Assembly (NCBI GenBank): GCA_965662845.1
Contig: CBFIJD010000006.1
Location: 42,641 to 106,640 of the forward strand
Source of the DNA: an uncultured bacterium
GTDB taxonomy: Bacteria > SAR324 > NAC60-12
Direction of reading: 5' to 3'
Length of the DNA stretch: 64,000 nt
Below, in pieces: positions 36,514-47,540 of this stretch (the stretch's first letter is position 1; each line of letters opens with the position of its first letter). The translations under genes and the position numbers were made by a program. The notes under the pieces were generated by a model. The model saw only the letters and a program-made list of their open reading frames with translations. It did no database searches and was not told where the DNA came from.

Positions 36514-39270
36514 ATGCCGTCTTCTCGCCTTCAGAAATTTCTGCTGCTATCCGCCCTCAGCGCTTGCTTATTGATCCCTCATTTGTCGGCTCAATCTGCA
36601 GAGCCAGAGTGCTCTCCAGCTAAACGCCAAGCGCTACGCGCCCAAGGCCTCCTAGAACAAGTGATCGCGTGGCGCTGCGGAGATTACCCCACAGCCCAAA
36701 TTGTCGCCGAACTTGCCAGCAATACGGCCAGCGAAGCCGGCTCTGCTGCCACACTCAGCCTTCGCTTGAATCGACGCCCCACGGCGCCCGTCCGCGTGCG
36801 CGTCCTCAGCTCCGATGTCACAGAAATTTTGCCCAACCTCACAGAACTCCTTTTTGAACCCAACAACTGGAACCAACCCCAAGAAGTCCGCATCAATGGC
36901 GTGAACGACGACGTGGCAGACGGAGATCAAAACACAGAACTCAACATCTCTGTCACGAAGACCACCGATGTTCGCTTTACGAAAGCCCCAACCGTTCAGC
37001 TGCCCATCACCAACCTTGATGACGACGAAATTGGCTGGAATACTCTCCCGCCACAACAACCCCTGCGCGAAGGTGGGCCTGCCCTCCGCTATCAAATTGC
37101 GCTCGCTAGCCGCCCAACCGCTCCCGTCTATGTTCGCATCCGCAACCAAACGCCCGAAGCCATCCGCGTCACTCCTGCTGAGCTAACGTTCTACCCAGAC
37201 ACCTGGCAAGAGACACAGCCGGTCCAAGTCACAAGCTTGGACGACAACTTCGACAACCCTGACCGTAACGCCGAAGTGCTCCTCTCTGTGCGCAACACCG
37301 AAGATGACGCGTACGCTCAACTGGCTCCGCTACGCCTACAACTTGTTAGCCAAGACAACGAAGAGACCGGGATTGCATACACGCCCGAAACCGCGACAGT
37401 CGCAGAGTTTGGCACGGCCGCTACCTTCAGTATTCGGCTGAAAAGCCAACCGCGCTCGCCCGTACTCCTCGAACTCAGCAGCTCCGATGCCTCTGAAGGA
37501 CAGCTCGATCTATTTCAAATGCGCTTCACCAGCGAGGATTGGGATCAAGTCGTCCCTGTCGCGCTACAAGGCCTGAACGACCTCCAGCAAGACGGTGACC
37601 AAGCCTTTCAGGTACGCCTCCGCGCCATCTCGACGGATCCCACCTACAGCACCCTTGGAACCATAGAGATTCCAGTCATCAACCAAGATGATGACAACGC
37701 CGGACTCGACCTCGATGTGTCCGCCGAGCAAACCAGCGAAGACGGCAACAGCAGCGAAATTACCGTCCGCCTCAGCAGCGAGCCCAAAGGCACCGTGTTG
37801 GTGTCCCTCAGCAGCACCGCGCCCGGCGAAGGCGTCGTGTTTCCAGAAATGCTGACCTTCGATCAAACCAACTGGAACCTCAAACAGCGCGTCCTCGTAG
37901 TCGGCAAAGATGACTCTCGCGCTGACGGAGACCAGACTTACCAAATCATCCTGCAAATTCTTGGGGACAGCCCTGAATATCTCGCGCTTCCCTCCCGTCG
38001 CGTCGCGCTAACCAATCTCGACAACGACATCGCCAGTATTCAAATTCGTGCTCCGGAACAACTCAACACCAGCGAAGCAGGGACCACCGATCAGTTCGAA
38101 GTGCTGCTACAAAGCCAGCCCAAAGCGCCTGTACGCATTCAACTGCGCCCCTCACTCCCAGCAGAGGTCAGCGTCTCTCCAACAGAGCTAGAGCTGACAC
38201 CAGAAAACTGGAATCAACCACAACGCATCGTTGTCACAGGGCTCGACGATCGGCAGCTAGATGGCCCCCAGTCGTTTCTAGTTCAAGTGCTCCCTGCCCA
38301 AAGCGCCGATCAACTCTACGATGGGCTCGACGCCGCCGATCTGGTCGGCACCAATGAAGACAATGATCAGGCTGGCATCGTGACATCCACCCGCAATGTC
38401 CGCGTCGCCGAAAATTACGGCGAAAGTCGTTTTGACGTCTCGCTCGCGAGCCAACCCAACCAAGAAGTGCGGCTGCGGCTGGTTTCCTCCAACCCCGATG
38501 AGTTTATGGTTCTGCCCGAACAGCTCGTCTTCTCTCCACAAAACTGGGAACAGCAGCAATCGGTGCTCGTGCGCGGGCTGCCAGACGAAGTGGCAGAAGC
38601 CAACGCAACCTATCGCCTGCGGATTCTGACGGAGGCCGGAGAAGATGCCTATCAAAACATAGAGCCTCTGGAGATCTTTGTCGCAGTCGAAGACAAGACC
38701 CCCGAGCTGCCACCAACCATGATTCGCGCCATGCGGGGGCTGCAGCAAGGGACCGCTTTTTTCAGCCCGCAACGCGCGCTCTACGAAGAAGACGAGCAAG
38801 ACTTTCGCATGGACGGACAAGCCCAAGGCTTCCGCTACAGCTACCACTGGCCCTCTCTCTGGACCGCCGGAGCCGCCTTTCAGATGTCGAATCTCGCCGG
38901 TGACGACCGCTTGGCCGGCAACCGATTGCAGATGGAGGTGACCGAACAATCGCTGCTGGCTTCCGCAGGGCGGGCGTTTTATCTAACACCCAGCTGGCGC
39001 CTCCACCCTCAGCTGAGCGTGGGCTATTCCCAACTGAGCGCCGAACGCATCGCAGAGCAAAACGGACAGCGCACCACAGAGACGCTAGATGGAAGCGTCG
39101 CCACCTTTCATCTGCGAGCCGCAATACATTACCTCGCGAACGAAACACTCTTCGTAGGCGCTGGGCTGAACTGGAGCCCCAATCAAACGACCTTCTCATT
39201 CGCTGACGATACGGACGGCACGTTGACCACGTCATGGAGCGGTGAAGTCCAAATCGGCCTGCAATTCTGA
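36514..39270 (+). CDS. Exported protein with six ~110-aa Calx-beta-like repeats and a C-terminal outer-membrane beta-barrel-like region
   Basis: Signal peptide, repeated xE.G...L.S.P...V...L.F...NW...Q.V.V.G.DD...DG, alternating aromatic strands ending in QIGLQF. Confidence 0.8.
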   Translation: MPSSRLQKFLLLSALSACLLIPHLSAQSAEPECSPAKRQALRAQGLLEQVIAWRCGDYPTAQIVAELASNTASEAGSAATLSLRLNRRPTAPVRVRVLSSDVTEILPNLTELLFEPNNWNQPQEVRINGVNDDVADGDQNTELNISVTKTTDVRFTKAPTVQLPITNLDDDEIGWNTLPPQQPLREGGPALRYQIALASRPTAPVYVRIRNQTPEAIRVTPAELTFYPDTWQETQPVQVTSLDDNFDNPDRNAEVLLSVRNTEDDAYAQLAPLRLQLVSQDNEETGIAYTPETATVAEFGTAATFSIRLKSQPRSPVLLELSSSDASEGQLDLFQMRFTSEDWDQVVPVALQGLNDLQQDGDQAFQVRLRAISTDPTYSTLGTIEIPVINQDDDNAGLDLDVSAEQTSEDGNSSEITVRLSSEPKGTVLVSLSSTAPGEGVVFPEMLTFDQTNWNLKQRVLVVGKDDSRADGDQTYQIILQILGDSPEYLALPSRRVALTNLDNDIASIQIRAPEQLNTSEAGTTDQFEVLLQSQPKAPVRIQLRPSLPAEVSVSPTELELTPENWNQPQRIVVTGLDDRQLDGPQSFLVQVLPAQSADQLYDGLDAADLVGTNEDNDQAGIVTSTRNVRVAENYGESRFDVSLASQPNQEVRLRLVSSNPDEFMVLPEQLVFSPQNWEQQQSVLVRGLPDEVAEANATYRLRILTEAGEDAYQNIEPLEIFVAVEDKTPELPPTMIRAMRGLQQGTAFFSPQRALYEEDEQDFRMDGQAQGFRYSYHWPSLWTAGAAFQMSNLAGDDRLAGNRLQMEVTEQSLLASAGRAFYLTPSWRLHPQLSVGYSQLSAERIAEQNGQRTTETLDGSVATFHLRAAIHYLANETLFVGAGLNWSPNQTTFSFADDTDGTLTTSWSGEVQIGLQF

Positions 39271-39437
39271 CCTCTCGGCGGCGCCGCTGCCGTCTTTCCC
39301 CACTGTTTCTTCGGACTTTTCAGCCCCGCGCGTAACTTTCTACGCGCGCCCGCCTACGCTTTCTGGCACTGTGTTGCTCCCTTCGCTAAAACCTCCGCAC
39401 GGCAAGTTCCGGCGCAACCTCACTTGGGAGACCACAC

Positions 39438-40886
39438 ATGCACCTTGGAATCGATCTTGGAACCTCCGCTGTCAAACTGCTGCTTCTGAACGACCAACAA
39501 CAACTCCTCGCTGAAGCAAGCGTCCCGCTCACCGTGCAGCGCCCCCAGCAACTTTGGTCAGAACAAGACCCATCGGCCTGGTGGGCCGCTGTGGAGACGG
39601 GCATCGGACAGCTCAGACGGCAACAGGCGCTCCAAGGCCTGCAATCCATCGGCATCTCAGGGCAAATGCACGGCGCCATACTGCTCGATGACTCTGGCAA
39701 TGTGCTGCGCCCCGCCATCTTGTGGAACGATGGTCGCTCCGGCGCTGCGTGTGCAGTCCTTGAACAAGCGGTCCCTGCGTTGCGACAAATCACCGGCAAT
39801 CTCGCCATGCCCGGCTTCACGGCTCCCAAGCTGCTGTGGGTTCAGCAACACGAACCTGAAATCTTTCACAAAGTTCACAAGGTGTTGCTCCCCAAAGATT
39901 ATCTGCGGTTTCGCTTGAGCGGTGAGTACGTCTCGGAGATGTCTGATTCGGCAGGGACTTCGTGGCTGAACGTTGCGGAGAGAGATTGGTCTGAAGAGAT
40001 GCTCGCGGCGACCCACTTGACCAAAGATCACATGCCGCGCTTAGTCGAAGGCAGCGAACCGGCAGGGCTGCTCCGCAAAGACCTCTGCGAGGCCTGGGGA
40101 ATGGAAAAGCCTCCGATCATTGCGGGAGGGGCTGGAGATAATGCGGCGGGCGCGATCGGCATCGGAGCAGTCAAGGCGGGAGATGCCTTCCTCTCCCTCG
40201 GAACCTCTGGGGTGCTGTTTGTGGTCACGCCCCAATACCAACCCAACCCAGATCAAGGCGTACACACTTTTTGTCATTGTCTGCCGCAGATGTGGCACCA
40301 GATGGGAGTGATTCTCAGCGCATCCAGCAGCTTGCGCTGGCTGGCCCAAATCGCGGGCAAAACCGAAACCGAGCTGACCCAAGCGCTGGAGAACGCGCCA
40401 TTAGCGTTGCCGTCCCTCACCTTTCTGCCCTATCTCTCCGGAGAACGAACCCCACACAACAATCCCAACGCGCAAGGAGTCTTCTTCGGGTTGCGCCACG
40501 AACACGCTCTCCCAGACTTGCTCAAAGCGGTCTTGACGGGCGTCGCGTTCGCCTTTGCCGACTGTCAGCAGGCTTTGCAAGCCGCAGGGGCTCACATCGG
40601 AGACATCTCCTTGATTGGTGGCGGGGCTCGCAGCCGCTACTGGGGACGCTTGCTCGCGACAACGCTGAATCAGCCGCTGTTGCTGCACGCGGGCGCTGAG
40701 CTTGGACCGGCGCTCGGCGCAGCTCGGCTCGGCATGCTCGCAGGGAACGCAGGGACACTCGACGAGGTCTGTGTCCGCCCCCCTGTCAAAGCCGTCTTAA
40801 GCCCAGAACCTGAACTGCAAGCCGCCTTGCAGGCCCAACATCAAAGATACCAGCGGCTTTACCAAGCGCTACGGGCAGAGTTTTAA
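39438..40886 (+). CDS. xylB: Xylulokinase
   Basis: GIDLGTS, SGQMHG, ILWNDGRS, GFTAPKLLW, GAGDNAA, PYLSGERTPHN. Confidence 0.96.
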   Translation: MHLGIDLGTSAVKLLLLNDQQQLLAEASVPLTVQRPQQLWSEQDPSAWWAAVETGIGQLRRQQALQGLQSIGISGQMHGAILLDDSGNVLRPAILWNDGRSGAACAVLEQAVPALRQITGNLAMPGFTAPKLLWVQQHEPEIFHKVHKVLLPKDYLRFRLSGEYVSEMSDSAGTSWLNVAERDWSEEMLAATHLTKDHMPRLVEGSEPAGLLRKDLCEAWGMEKPPIIAGGAGDNAAGAIGIGAVKAGDAFLSLGTSGVLFVVTPQYQPNPDQGVHTFCHCLPQMWHQMGVILSASSSLRWLAQIAGKTETELTQALENAPLALPSLTFLPYLSGERTPHNNPNAQGVFFGLRHEHALPDLLKAVLTGVAFAFADCQQALQAAGAHIGDISLIGGGARSRYWGRLLATTLNQPLLLHAGAELGPALGAARLGMLAGNAGTLDEVCVRPPVKAVLSPEPELQAALQAQHQRYQRLYQALRAEF

Positions 40887-40983
40887 GAAGACGCTAGAGA
40901 CCAGCCTCTTGGAGCCCCCCACGCCCTCTTCTAGTGCCGCAATGCAGCCGCCTCCAAGCTGCGACTCCTCGAACCCTGTTTTT

Positions 40984-41016
40984 TTCATCAATTTGATTTA
41001 ATAAAGCACCTTGACA
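40984..41016 (+). promoter_or_regulatory. ROK-operator-like site plus -35 box upstream of smoE
   Basis: TTCATCA-ATT-TGATTTA (40984-41000) resembles the palindrome at 52293-52309; TTGACA at 41011. Confidence 0.6.
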
Positions 41017-41137
41017 AACAGGGTTCCTTGCAGCACCATTTTAGGCTCTCTGTTCGACGCTAATGTTGCCTTCTCAACACAAGAGACGGGATACAGAGTT
41101 TTTTTGATCAACCGATTGTTTATTCCCAGGAGGACGC

Positions 41138-42448
41138 ATGAATCTGAAGTCCATGCTGGCAGGGCTCTGCTCGCTCGCAATGATGGCGCCTATCGCGCTC
41201 GCTGAAACGCTCACCATCGCCACGGTCAACAACGGCGACATGATCCGCATGCAAAAGCTGACGGATGACTTCACCTCAAAGAATCCCGGTATCGATCTCA
41301 AGTGGGTCACTCTCGAAGAGAACGCTCTCCGTCAGCGTGTGACCACTGACATCGCGACCAAAGGTGGTCAGTATGACATCATGACTATCGGGACTTACGA
41401 AGTGCCCATCTGGGGAAGCAAGGGCTGGTTGGTCGCCTTGGATGACATGGGCCCCAGCTATGATGTGGATGACCTGCTGCCCGCCATCCGCAACGGTCTC
41501 TCTGTAGACGGCACGCTCTACGCGGCTCCCTTTTACGGCGAGAGTTCAATGGTCATGTATCGCCGCGACTTGATGCAACAAGCTGGGCTGATCATGCCTG
41601 AGGCGCCTTCGTGGAATTTCATCGCCAAAGCCGCTCGTGCGATGACCGACCGAGACAACGAAGTGTATGGCATCTGCATGCGCGGTAAAGCAGGCTGGGG
41701 AGAAAACGTGGCCTTCTTGACCGCTACGGCGAACTCCTTTGGCGCTCGCTGGTTCGACGAGAACTGGCGCCCACAGTTTGACTCTTACGAGTGGAAGCAG
41801 GCGCTGCGTTTCTACACAGAGCTGTTGCGTGACGCGGGGCCTCCGGGAGCTTCGTCCAACGGTTTCAACGAGAACCTCGCGCTCTTCCAAGAAGGCAAGT
41901 GCGGCATGTGGATCGACGCGACCGTCGCTGCTTCTTTCGTCACCAATCCCAAAGACTCTAAAGTGGCTTACCGCGTTGGCTTCGCCTTAGCTCCCGACAA
42001 TGGACTCGGACGCCGCGGCAACTGGCTGTGGTCTTGGGCTCTGGCGATTCCTGCCGGCAGCCAGAAGACGGAAGCCGCGAAGAAGTTTGTGGCGTGGGCT
42101 ACCGGCAAAGAATACTTGGAGCTCGTTGCCAGCAAAGAAGGCTGGGCGAATGTGCCTCCAGGAACCCGCACTTCTCTATATGAGAACCCCAAATATCAAG
42201 CGGCGGCTCCTTTCGCGAAGATGACTCTTGACAGCATCAACGCTGCGAACCCCAGCAACCCAACCGTTGACCCGGTCCCCTACACCGGCGTTCAATTCGT
42301 CGCGATTCCTGAATTCCAAGCCATTGGCACTGCAGTGGGACAGCAATTTTCGGCAGTTGTCGCCGGACAAACCTCCGTCGATCAAGCTCTGGAAAATGCG
42401 CAACGCCTGACCGAGCGCGAAATGCGCAAAGCTGGCTACCTCAAGTAA
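41138..42448 (+). CDS. smoE: Polyol (sorbitol/mannitol/arabitol) ABC transporter substrate-binding protein
   Basis: TIATVNNGDMIRMQKL, LEENALRQRVTTDIATKGGQYD, PFYGES, RGKAGWGEN. Confidence 0.93.
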   Translation: MNLKSMLAGLCSLAMMAPIALAETLTIATVNNGDMIRMQKLTDDFTSKNPGIDLKWVTLEENALRQRVTTDIATKGGQYDIMTIGTYEVPIWGSKGWLVALDDMGPSYDVDDLLPAIRNGLSVDGTLYAAPFYGESSMVMYRRDLMQQAGLIMPEAPSWNFIAKAARAMTDRDNEVYGICMRGKAGWGENVAFLTATANSFGARWFDENWRPQFDSYEWKQALRFYTELLRDAGPPGASSNGFNENLALFQEGKCGMWIDATVAASFVTNPKDSKVAYRVGFALAPDNGLGRRGNWLWSWALAIPAGSQKTEAAKKFVAWATGKEYLELVASKEGWANVPPGTRTSLYENPKYQAAAPFAKMTLDSINAANPSNPTVDPVPYTGVQFVAIPEFQAIGTAVGQQFSAVVAGQTSVDQALENAQRLTEREMRKAGYLK

Positions 42449-42458
42449 TCTAGCTCTC

Positions 42459-42489
42459 TCTCCAGTTGAGCCTCGTGCTTGACTGGAGA
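42459..42489 (+). other. Stem-loop after the binding-protein gene (probable mRNA stabiliser)
   Basis: TCTCCAGTTGAGC-CTCGT-GCTTGACTGGAGA. Confidence 0.6.
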
Positions 42490-42518
42490 CCTCCTGCATC
42501 GCTTCATCTCAGTTGCAC

Positions 42519-43388
42519 ATGTTGACTCAAGTCCGTTGGACTTCGCGGCTCATGCTCGCGCCCTCCGTGCTGCTCTTGCTAGCGTGGATGATCGTGCCGC
42601 TGTCCATGACCCTCTACTTCTCTTTCCTGCGCTACAACCTCTTGATGCCAGGCATGGAAGAGTGGGCTGGGTTTTTGAACTATGAATATTTCCTCACCGA
42701 TCCTGCATTCTTTGACGCGATTGGCAACACGCTGATGCTCGTTGGCGGCGTATTGCTAATCACAGTCTTGGGTGGACTCGGCATGGCGCTGCTCCTAGAT
42801 CAACCATTTTGGGGACAAGGCATTGTGCGCCTGTTGGCCATCGCCCCGTTCTTTGTGATGCCAACGGTCTCGGCGCTCGTTTGGAAGAACATGTTCATGC
42901 ACCCCGTGAACGGTCTGTTTAGCTGGATCGCCAAGTTGTTCGGGGCTCAGCCTGTGGACTTTCTTGCTACGATCCCTTTGCTCTCGGTCATCCTCATGGT
43001 CGCCTGGCAGTGGCTTCCATTCGCGACGCTGATTCTGCTCACCGCGCTCCAGTCGCTTGATCAAGAACAGAGAGAAGCCTCTGAAATGGACGGCGCTGGC
43101 CCAATCTCCCAGTTCATCTACATTGTACTGCCGCACCTCGCCCGCGCCCTGACCGTCGTCATTCTGATTCAAACGATCTTTTTGCTCTCCGTGTTCGCCG
43201 AGATCATGGTGACAACAAACGGTGGGCCGGGAACCGCCAGCACCAACCTCAGCTTTCTCGTCTACACGCAAGCCTTGCTACAATTTGACGTCGGTGGCGC
43301 CTCCGCTGGAGGGGTGGTCGCGGTCGTGCTTGCCAACCTAGTCGCGATCTTTTTGGTGCGTCTCATCGGCAAAAACTTGGAGACCTAA
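42519..43388 (+). CDS. smoF: Polyol ABC transporter permease
   Basis: Multiple TM helices, EAA-like EASEMDGA, WQWLPFA. Confidence 0.92.
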   Translation: MLTQVRWTSRLMLAPSVLLLLAWMIVPLSMTLYFSFLRYNLLMPGMEEWAGFLNYEYFLTDPAFFDAIGNTLMLVGGVLLITVLGGLGMALLLDQPFWGQGIVRLLAIAPFFVMPTVSALVWKNMFMHPVNGLFSWIAKLFGAQPVDFLATIPLLSVILMVAWQWLPFATLILLTALQSLDQEQREASEMDGAGPISQFIYIVLPHLARALTVVILIQTIFLLSVFAEIMVTTNGGPGTASTNLSFLVYTQALLQFDVGGASAGGVVAVVLANLVAIFLVRLIGKNLET

Positions 43389-43389
43389 G

Positions 43390-44220
43390 ATGGCACGAGC
43401 GACTTCTTCTACGCGCAAATGGACGCTGACTTTGGTGGGTTGGGCCTTGGGCTTATTGCTCTTCTTCCCGATTCTTTGGACGTTGCTGACTTCGTTCAAA
43501 ACCGAGAGAGAAGCCATCGCCATTCCGCCTTCGTTGGTCGGCTTTGAGTGGACCCTAGAAAACTACGCCGAAGTCCAAGAGCGCTCTGACTATTTTCAGC
43601 ACTTTGTGAACTCTTCGGTGACCGCCGTCGGCTCGACCCTCTTGGGGTTGCTAGTCGCAATTCCGGGCGCATGGGCAATGGCGTTTTATCCTTCCAAACG
43701 CACTCGGGGCATTCTCATGTGGATGCTCAGCACCAAAATGCTGCCCGCTGTGGGAGTGCTCGTCCCGATTTATTTGATGTTTCGCGACCTCGGGCTGCTC
43801 GACACCCGCTTTGGGCTCACCATCGTGCTGATGTTGATCAATCTGCCCATCATCATCTGGATGCTCTACACCTACTTCAAAGAAATCCCGAACGACATCT
43901 TAGAAGCGGCTCGGATGGATGGCGCTTCGCTGCGGCACGAGGTCACCCACGTCCTCACCCCAATGGCGCTCCCGGGGATTGCCTCGACGCTGTTGCTCAA
44001 TGTGATCCTCGCTTGGAACGAAGCCTTCTGGACCCTGAACTTGACCGCTGCGGAGGCGGCGCCGTTGACGGTGTTCATCGCTTCGTATTCGAGCCCCGAG
44101 GGTCTCTTTTACGCCAAATTATCTGCGGCCTCGACGATGGCAATTGCTCCAATTTTGATTCTTGGTTGGTTCAGCCAAAAGCAATTGGTGCGCGGCCTAA
44201 CATTTGGGGCCGTCAAGTGA
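43390..44220 (+). CDS. smoG: Polyol ABC transporter permease
   Basis: EAARMDGA, WNEAFW, YSSPEGLFYAKLSAAS, LVRGLTFGAVK. Confidence 0.92.
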   Translation: MARATSSTRKWTLTLVGWALGLLLFFPILWTLLTSFKTEREAIAIPPSLVGFEWTLENYAEVQERSDYFQHFVNSSVTAVGSTLLGLLVAIPGAWAMAFYPSKRTRGILMWMLSTKMLPAVGVLVPIYLMFRDLGLLDTRFGLTIVLMLINLPIIIWMLYTYFKEIPNDILEAARMDGASLRHEVTHVLTPMALPGIASTLLLNVILAWNEAFWTLNLTAAEAAPLTVFIASYSSPEGLFYAKLSAASTMAIAPILILGWFSQKQLVRGLTFGAVK

Positions 44221-44229
44221 ACGGAAGCC

Positions 44230-45228
44230 ATGGGTAGCATTCAACTACAACACGTCAAAAAACACTTCGGCGACACGGAAGTCATTCCCAACATCGACCT
44301 GCAAATTGAAGAGGGGGAGTTTGTAGTGTTTGTGGGCCCTTCGGGGAGTGGCAAGTCCACTCTACTGCGCCTCATCGCTGGGCTGGAAGACCTCACGGCC
44401 GGCTCCATCACCATCGATGGACAAGAGGTCTCTGCAGCGCCTCCCGCCCAACGGGGCCTGGCGATGGTGTTTCAATCGTACGCACTCTATCCGCACATGA
44501 CCGTCCGCAAGAACATTGGCTTCCCCTTGAAGATGGCTGGCTGTTCTCAAGCCGAGATTGACCAGAAAGTGAGCGAAGCCGCACAGACGCTGAATTTGAC
44601 CGAATATTTGGACCGGAAGCCGCGTCAGCTCTCAGGAGGTCAGCGGCAACGGGTCGCGATCGGGCGCGCGATCGTCCGCCAGCCCAAAGCGTTCTTGTTT
44701 GACGAACCGCTCTCCAACCTCGACGCTGCGCTACGCATCAACATGCGCCTTGAAATCATGGATCTGCATCAACAGCTCAAGACCACCATGATCTATGTCA
44801 CCCACGATCAAGTGGAAGCGATGACCATGGCAGACAAAATCGTTGTCCTCAATCATGGACGCATCGAGCAGGTCGGCTCACCGCTGGCGCTCTACCGTCA
44901 CCCTGCGAACCGCTTTGTCGCGGGCTTTATCGGTGCTCCCCAAATGAATTTTTTAGAGGGGCCAGCAGCCGCAGAGTTCGGCGGAACGGCCGTTGGCATT
45001 CGACCAGAACACCTCACAGTTTCTACAGCAGCCGGCAAATGGAAGGGGTCTGTTCACGTCGCCGAACACCTTGGTTCCGACACCTTCCTGCATGTGAACA
45101 CCGCGCTCGGCACCCTCAATGTTCGCGCCGCAGGAGAGGTCTCGGTGAGACACGGTGACACCGTCTTCTTGACGCCAGACGTCAACAAGATGCATCGCTT
45201 CGATGCCCAGCAACAACGTATCGCGTAA
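44230..45228 (+). CDS. smoK: Polyol ABC transporter ATP-binding protein
   Basis: [37 protein letters not shown]. Confidence 0.93.
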   Translation: MGSIQLQHVKKHFGDTEVIPNIDLQIEEGEFVVFVGPSGSGKSTLLRLIAGLEDLTAGSITIDGQEVSAAPPAQRGLAMVFQSYALYPHMTVRKNIGFPLKMAGCSQAEIDQKVSEAAQTLNLTEYLDRKPRQLSGGQRQRVAIGRAIVRQPKAFLFDEPLSNLDAALRINMRLEIMDLHQQLKTTMIYVTHDQVEAMTMADKIVVLNHGRIEQVGSPLALYRHPANRFVAGFIGAPQMNFLEGPAAAEFGGTAVGIRPEHLTVSTAAGKWKGSVHVAEHLGSDTFLHVNTALGTLNVRAAGEVSVRHGDTVFLTPDVNKMHRFDAQQQRIA

Positions 45229-45242
45229 TCGAAAAGGCAACT

Positions 45243-45971
45243 ATGACGGATCAACTGGCAGGAAAAACCGCCGCCGTGACAGGAGCAGCTTCGGGTATTG
45301 GGCTGGCCAGCGCGCAAGCCCTGCTCAACGCCGGAGCAACAGTCGTATTTGTCGACCGTGACGGCGCAACCCTACAAACCATCGGCCAAGAGCACGGGGA
45401 GAACGCCATTCCGCTTGTCCTCGACCTCCTCGACAGCGCAGCGTGCAAAACGCTGATGCCCCAGATTTTAGAGCGTGTCGGACACCTAGACATCTTTCAC
45501 GCCAACGCAGGGAGCTACCTCGGTGGCGATCTCATTGACGCAGACCACGACGCGATCGACCGCATGCTGCACCTGAACATCAACGTCGTCATGAAGAACG
45601 TGCGAGATGTCCTCCCCCACATGATCGAGCGCGGCACCGGAGACATCCTCGTCACCAGCTCTCTCGCTGCGCATTATCCAACACCGTGGGAGCCGGTGTA
45701 CGCTTCCTCAAAGTGGGCCATCGACTGCTTTGTACAGACGACCCGACGGCAGGTTTACCGACATGGACTTCGCGTGGGAGCCATCTCTCCGGGCCCCGTT
45801 ATCACAGGTTTGCTTAGAGACTGGCCTGCCGAAAAACTCCAAGCCGCCAAAGAAGCCGGCAGCCTTGTGGAAGCTGAAGAAGTCGCGCAGGTCGTGCTGT
45901 TCATGTTGACTCGCCCTCGCCACATGACCATCCGCGACGTCGTGATGATGCCCACCAACTTCGACCTCTGA
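45243..45971 (+). CDS. rbtD: SDR oxidoreductase, ribitol 2-dehydrogenase-like
   Basis: TGAASGIG, DIFHANAGSY.GG, WEPVYASSK, PGPV.T.LL.DWP. Confidence 0.82.
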   Translation: MTDQLAGKTAAVTGAASGIGLASAQALLNAGATVVFVDRDGATLQTIGQEHGENAIPLVLDLLDSAACKTLMPQILERVGHLDIFHANAGSYLGGDLIDADHDAIDRMLHLNINVVMKNVRDVLPHMIERGTGDILVTSSLAAHYPTPWEPVYASSKWAIDCFVQTTRRQVYRHGLRVGAISPGPVITGLLRDWPAEKLQAAKEAGSLVEAEEVAQVVLFMLTRPRHMTIRDVVMMPTNFDL

Positions 45972-46005
45972 GGCGCGCCCTCACTTCGCCAACTCTAGGA
46001 ATCCG

Positions 46006-47487
46006 ATGAGTCACAAACTATCGCAGCACAACCTGTCCAACCTCGCAGCCACGGCTTCCATCCCGACCTATGACCGCTCCCAGCTCACCGCAGGGGTGCT
46101 GCACATTGGGGTCGGAAACTTTCATCGCGCTCACCAAGCGCTCTACCTAGAGCGGCTCTTCCGCCAAGGAAAAGCTCACGATTGGGCGATCATCGGCACA
46201 GGCGTCCTGCCTAGCGACCAAGCGATGCACGACAAACTCGCGGCTCAAGACTTCCTCACGACCGTCGTAGAGCAATCCGCCGAGGCTGCCGAAGCGATCA
46301 TCTCTGGCTCCATGATTGATTTCATTCCACCGCGCCAGACCGAGCGCCAGCTGGAGAGGCTTCGCCACCCGGCGATCCACATCGTCGCCCTGACCGTCAC
46401 CGAAGGTGGCTACTTCCTCAATCCCGCGACAGGAGCCTTTGACGCAAACCACCCCGCCATCCAGCAAGACGCCACCAACCCAAGACAACCGCAGACGACC
46501 TTCGGGCTCATCGTAGAGGGGCTGCGTCAACGCAAAGCCCAAGGGGTGGCTCCCTTCACCGTCATGTCCTGTGACAACATTCCCCACAATGGCAACGTCA
46601 CGCGAGACGCTGTCGCTGGCCTCGCCAGTTTACAAGACGCCCCCCTCGGAGACTGGATCCGTGAGAACGTCGCGTTCCCGAACGGGATGGTAGATCGCAT
46701 CACCCCCGCGACCTCGCAACGCGAGAGAGACCTGCTGCTCCACGACTTTGGCATCGAAGACCAGTGGCCAGTGTTCTGCGAAGACTTTACGCAGTGGGTG
46801 CTCGAGGACAACTTTCCCTGCGGACGCCCCGCTTGGGAAGACGTCGGCGTCGCCTTTGTACCTGACGTGACGCCCTACGAGCACATGAAGATTCGCATCC
46901 TCAACGGCGGACACGCCATCATCGCCTACGCTGGGGCGTTGTTAGATCAGCACTTCGTCCACGACGCGATGCAACATCCGCTCATTCAGGCTTATCTCCA
47001 CAAAGTAGAAATGGAAGAGATCCTCCCGATCATTCCACCCGTTCCCAACACAGATTTGACCGAATATCTGGCCTTGATCGAGCGACGCTTCGCGAACCCT
47101 CGCATTGGGGACACGATCGCTCGGCTTTGTCAGGACGGCTCAAACCGACAACCCAAGTTCATTTTGCCGTCAACGTTTGACCGCTTGCAGCGAGGACAAA
47201 GCGTCACCGGTTTGGCGCTGGAGTCGGCGCTATGGTGCCGCTATTGGGGAGGAAATTCCGAGAATGGGGAGGAGTTCGCGTATGAGGACGTGCAACAAAT
47301 ACGACTGCGAGAGGCTGCCGTCCAAGCCAAACAAAGACCTACGGCATTTTTGGAGTTGGACGACATCTTTGGAACCGTAGCGCCGCATGCCGTGTTTCGC
47401 GACGCCTTTGAGACCGCGCTGCGCTCGCTGTGGGAGCATGGAACTGCCACGACCTTGCAGCGTTATCTCGATCAGCAGCTATGTTGA
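46006..47487 (+). CDS. mtlK: Mannitol 2-dehydrogenase / D-arabitol dehydrogenase family
   Basis: HIGVGNFHRAHQA, TVTEGGY, SCDN, FPNGMVDRITP, QWVLED, KIRILNGGH. Confidence 0.9.
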   Translation: MSHKLSQHNLSNLAATASIPTYDRSQLTAGVLHIGVGNFHRAHQALYLERLFRQGKAHDWAIIGTGVLPSDQAMHDKLAAQDFLTTVVEQSAEAAEAIISGSMIDFIPPRQTERQLERLRHPAIHIVALTVTEGGYFLNPATGAFDANHPAIQQDATNPRQPQTTFGLIVEGLRQRKAQGVAPFTVMSCDNIPHNGNVTRDAVAGLASLQDAPLGDWIRENVAFPNGMVDRITPATSQRERDLLLHDFGIEDQWPVFCEDFTQWVLEDNFPCGRPAWEDVGVAFVPDVTPYEHMKIRILNGGHAIIAYAGALLDQHFVHDAMQHPLIQAYLHKVEMEEILPIIPPVPNTDLTEYLALIERRFANPRIGDTIARLCQDGSNRQPKFILPSTFDRLQRGQSVTGLALESALWCRYWGGNSENGEEFAYEDVQQIRLREAAVQAKQRPTAFLELDDIFGTVAPHAVFRDAFETALRSLWEHGTATTLQRYLDQQLC

Positions 47488-47540
47488 CTGAGTCGCATCT
47501 CTCAAGCGGGACTCTCATGTGAGACGCTGACTGCGCTTGC

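Noticed and set aside
39364..39378. Sigma54-like TGGCAC...TTGCT upstream of xylB
   Set aside because: The GG to GC spacing is one base shorter than the strict -24/-12 requirement.
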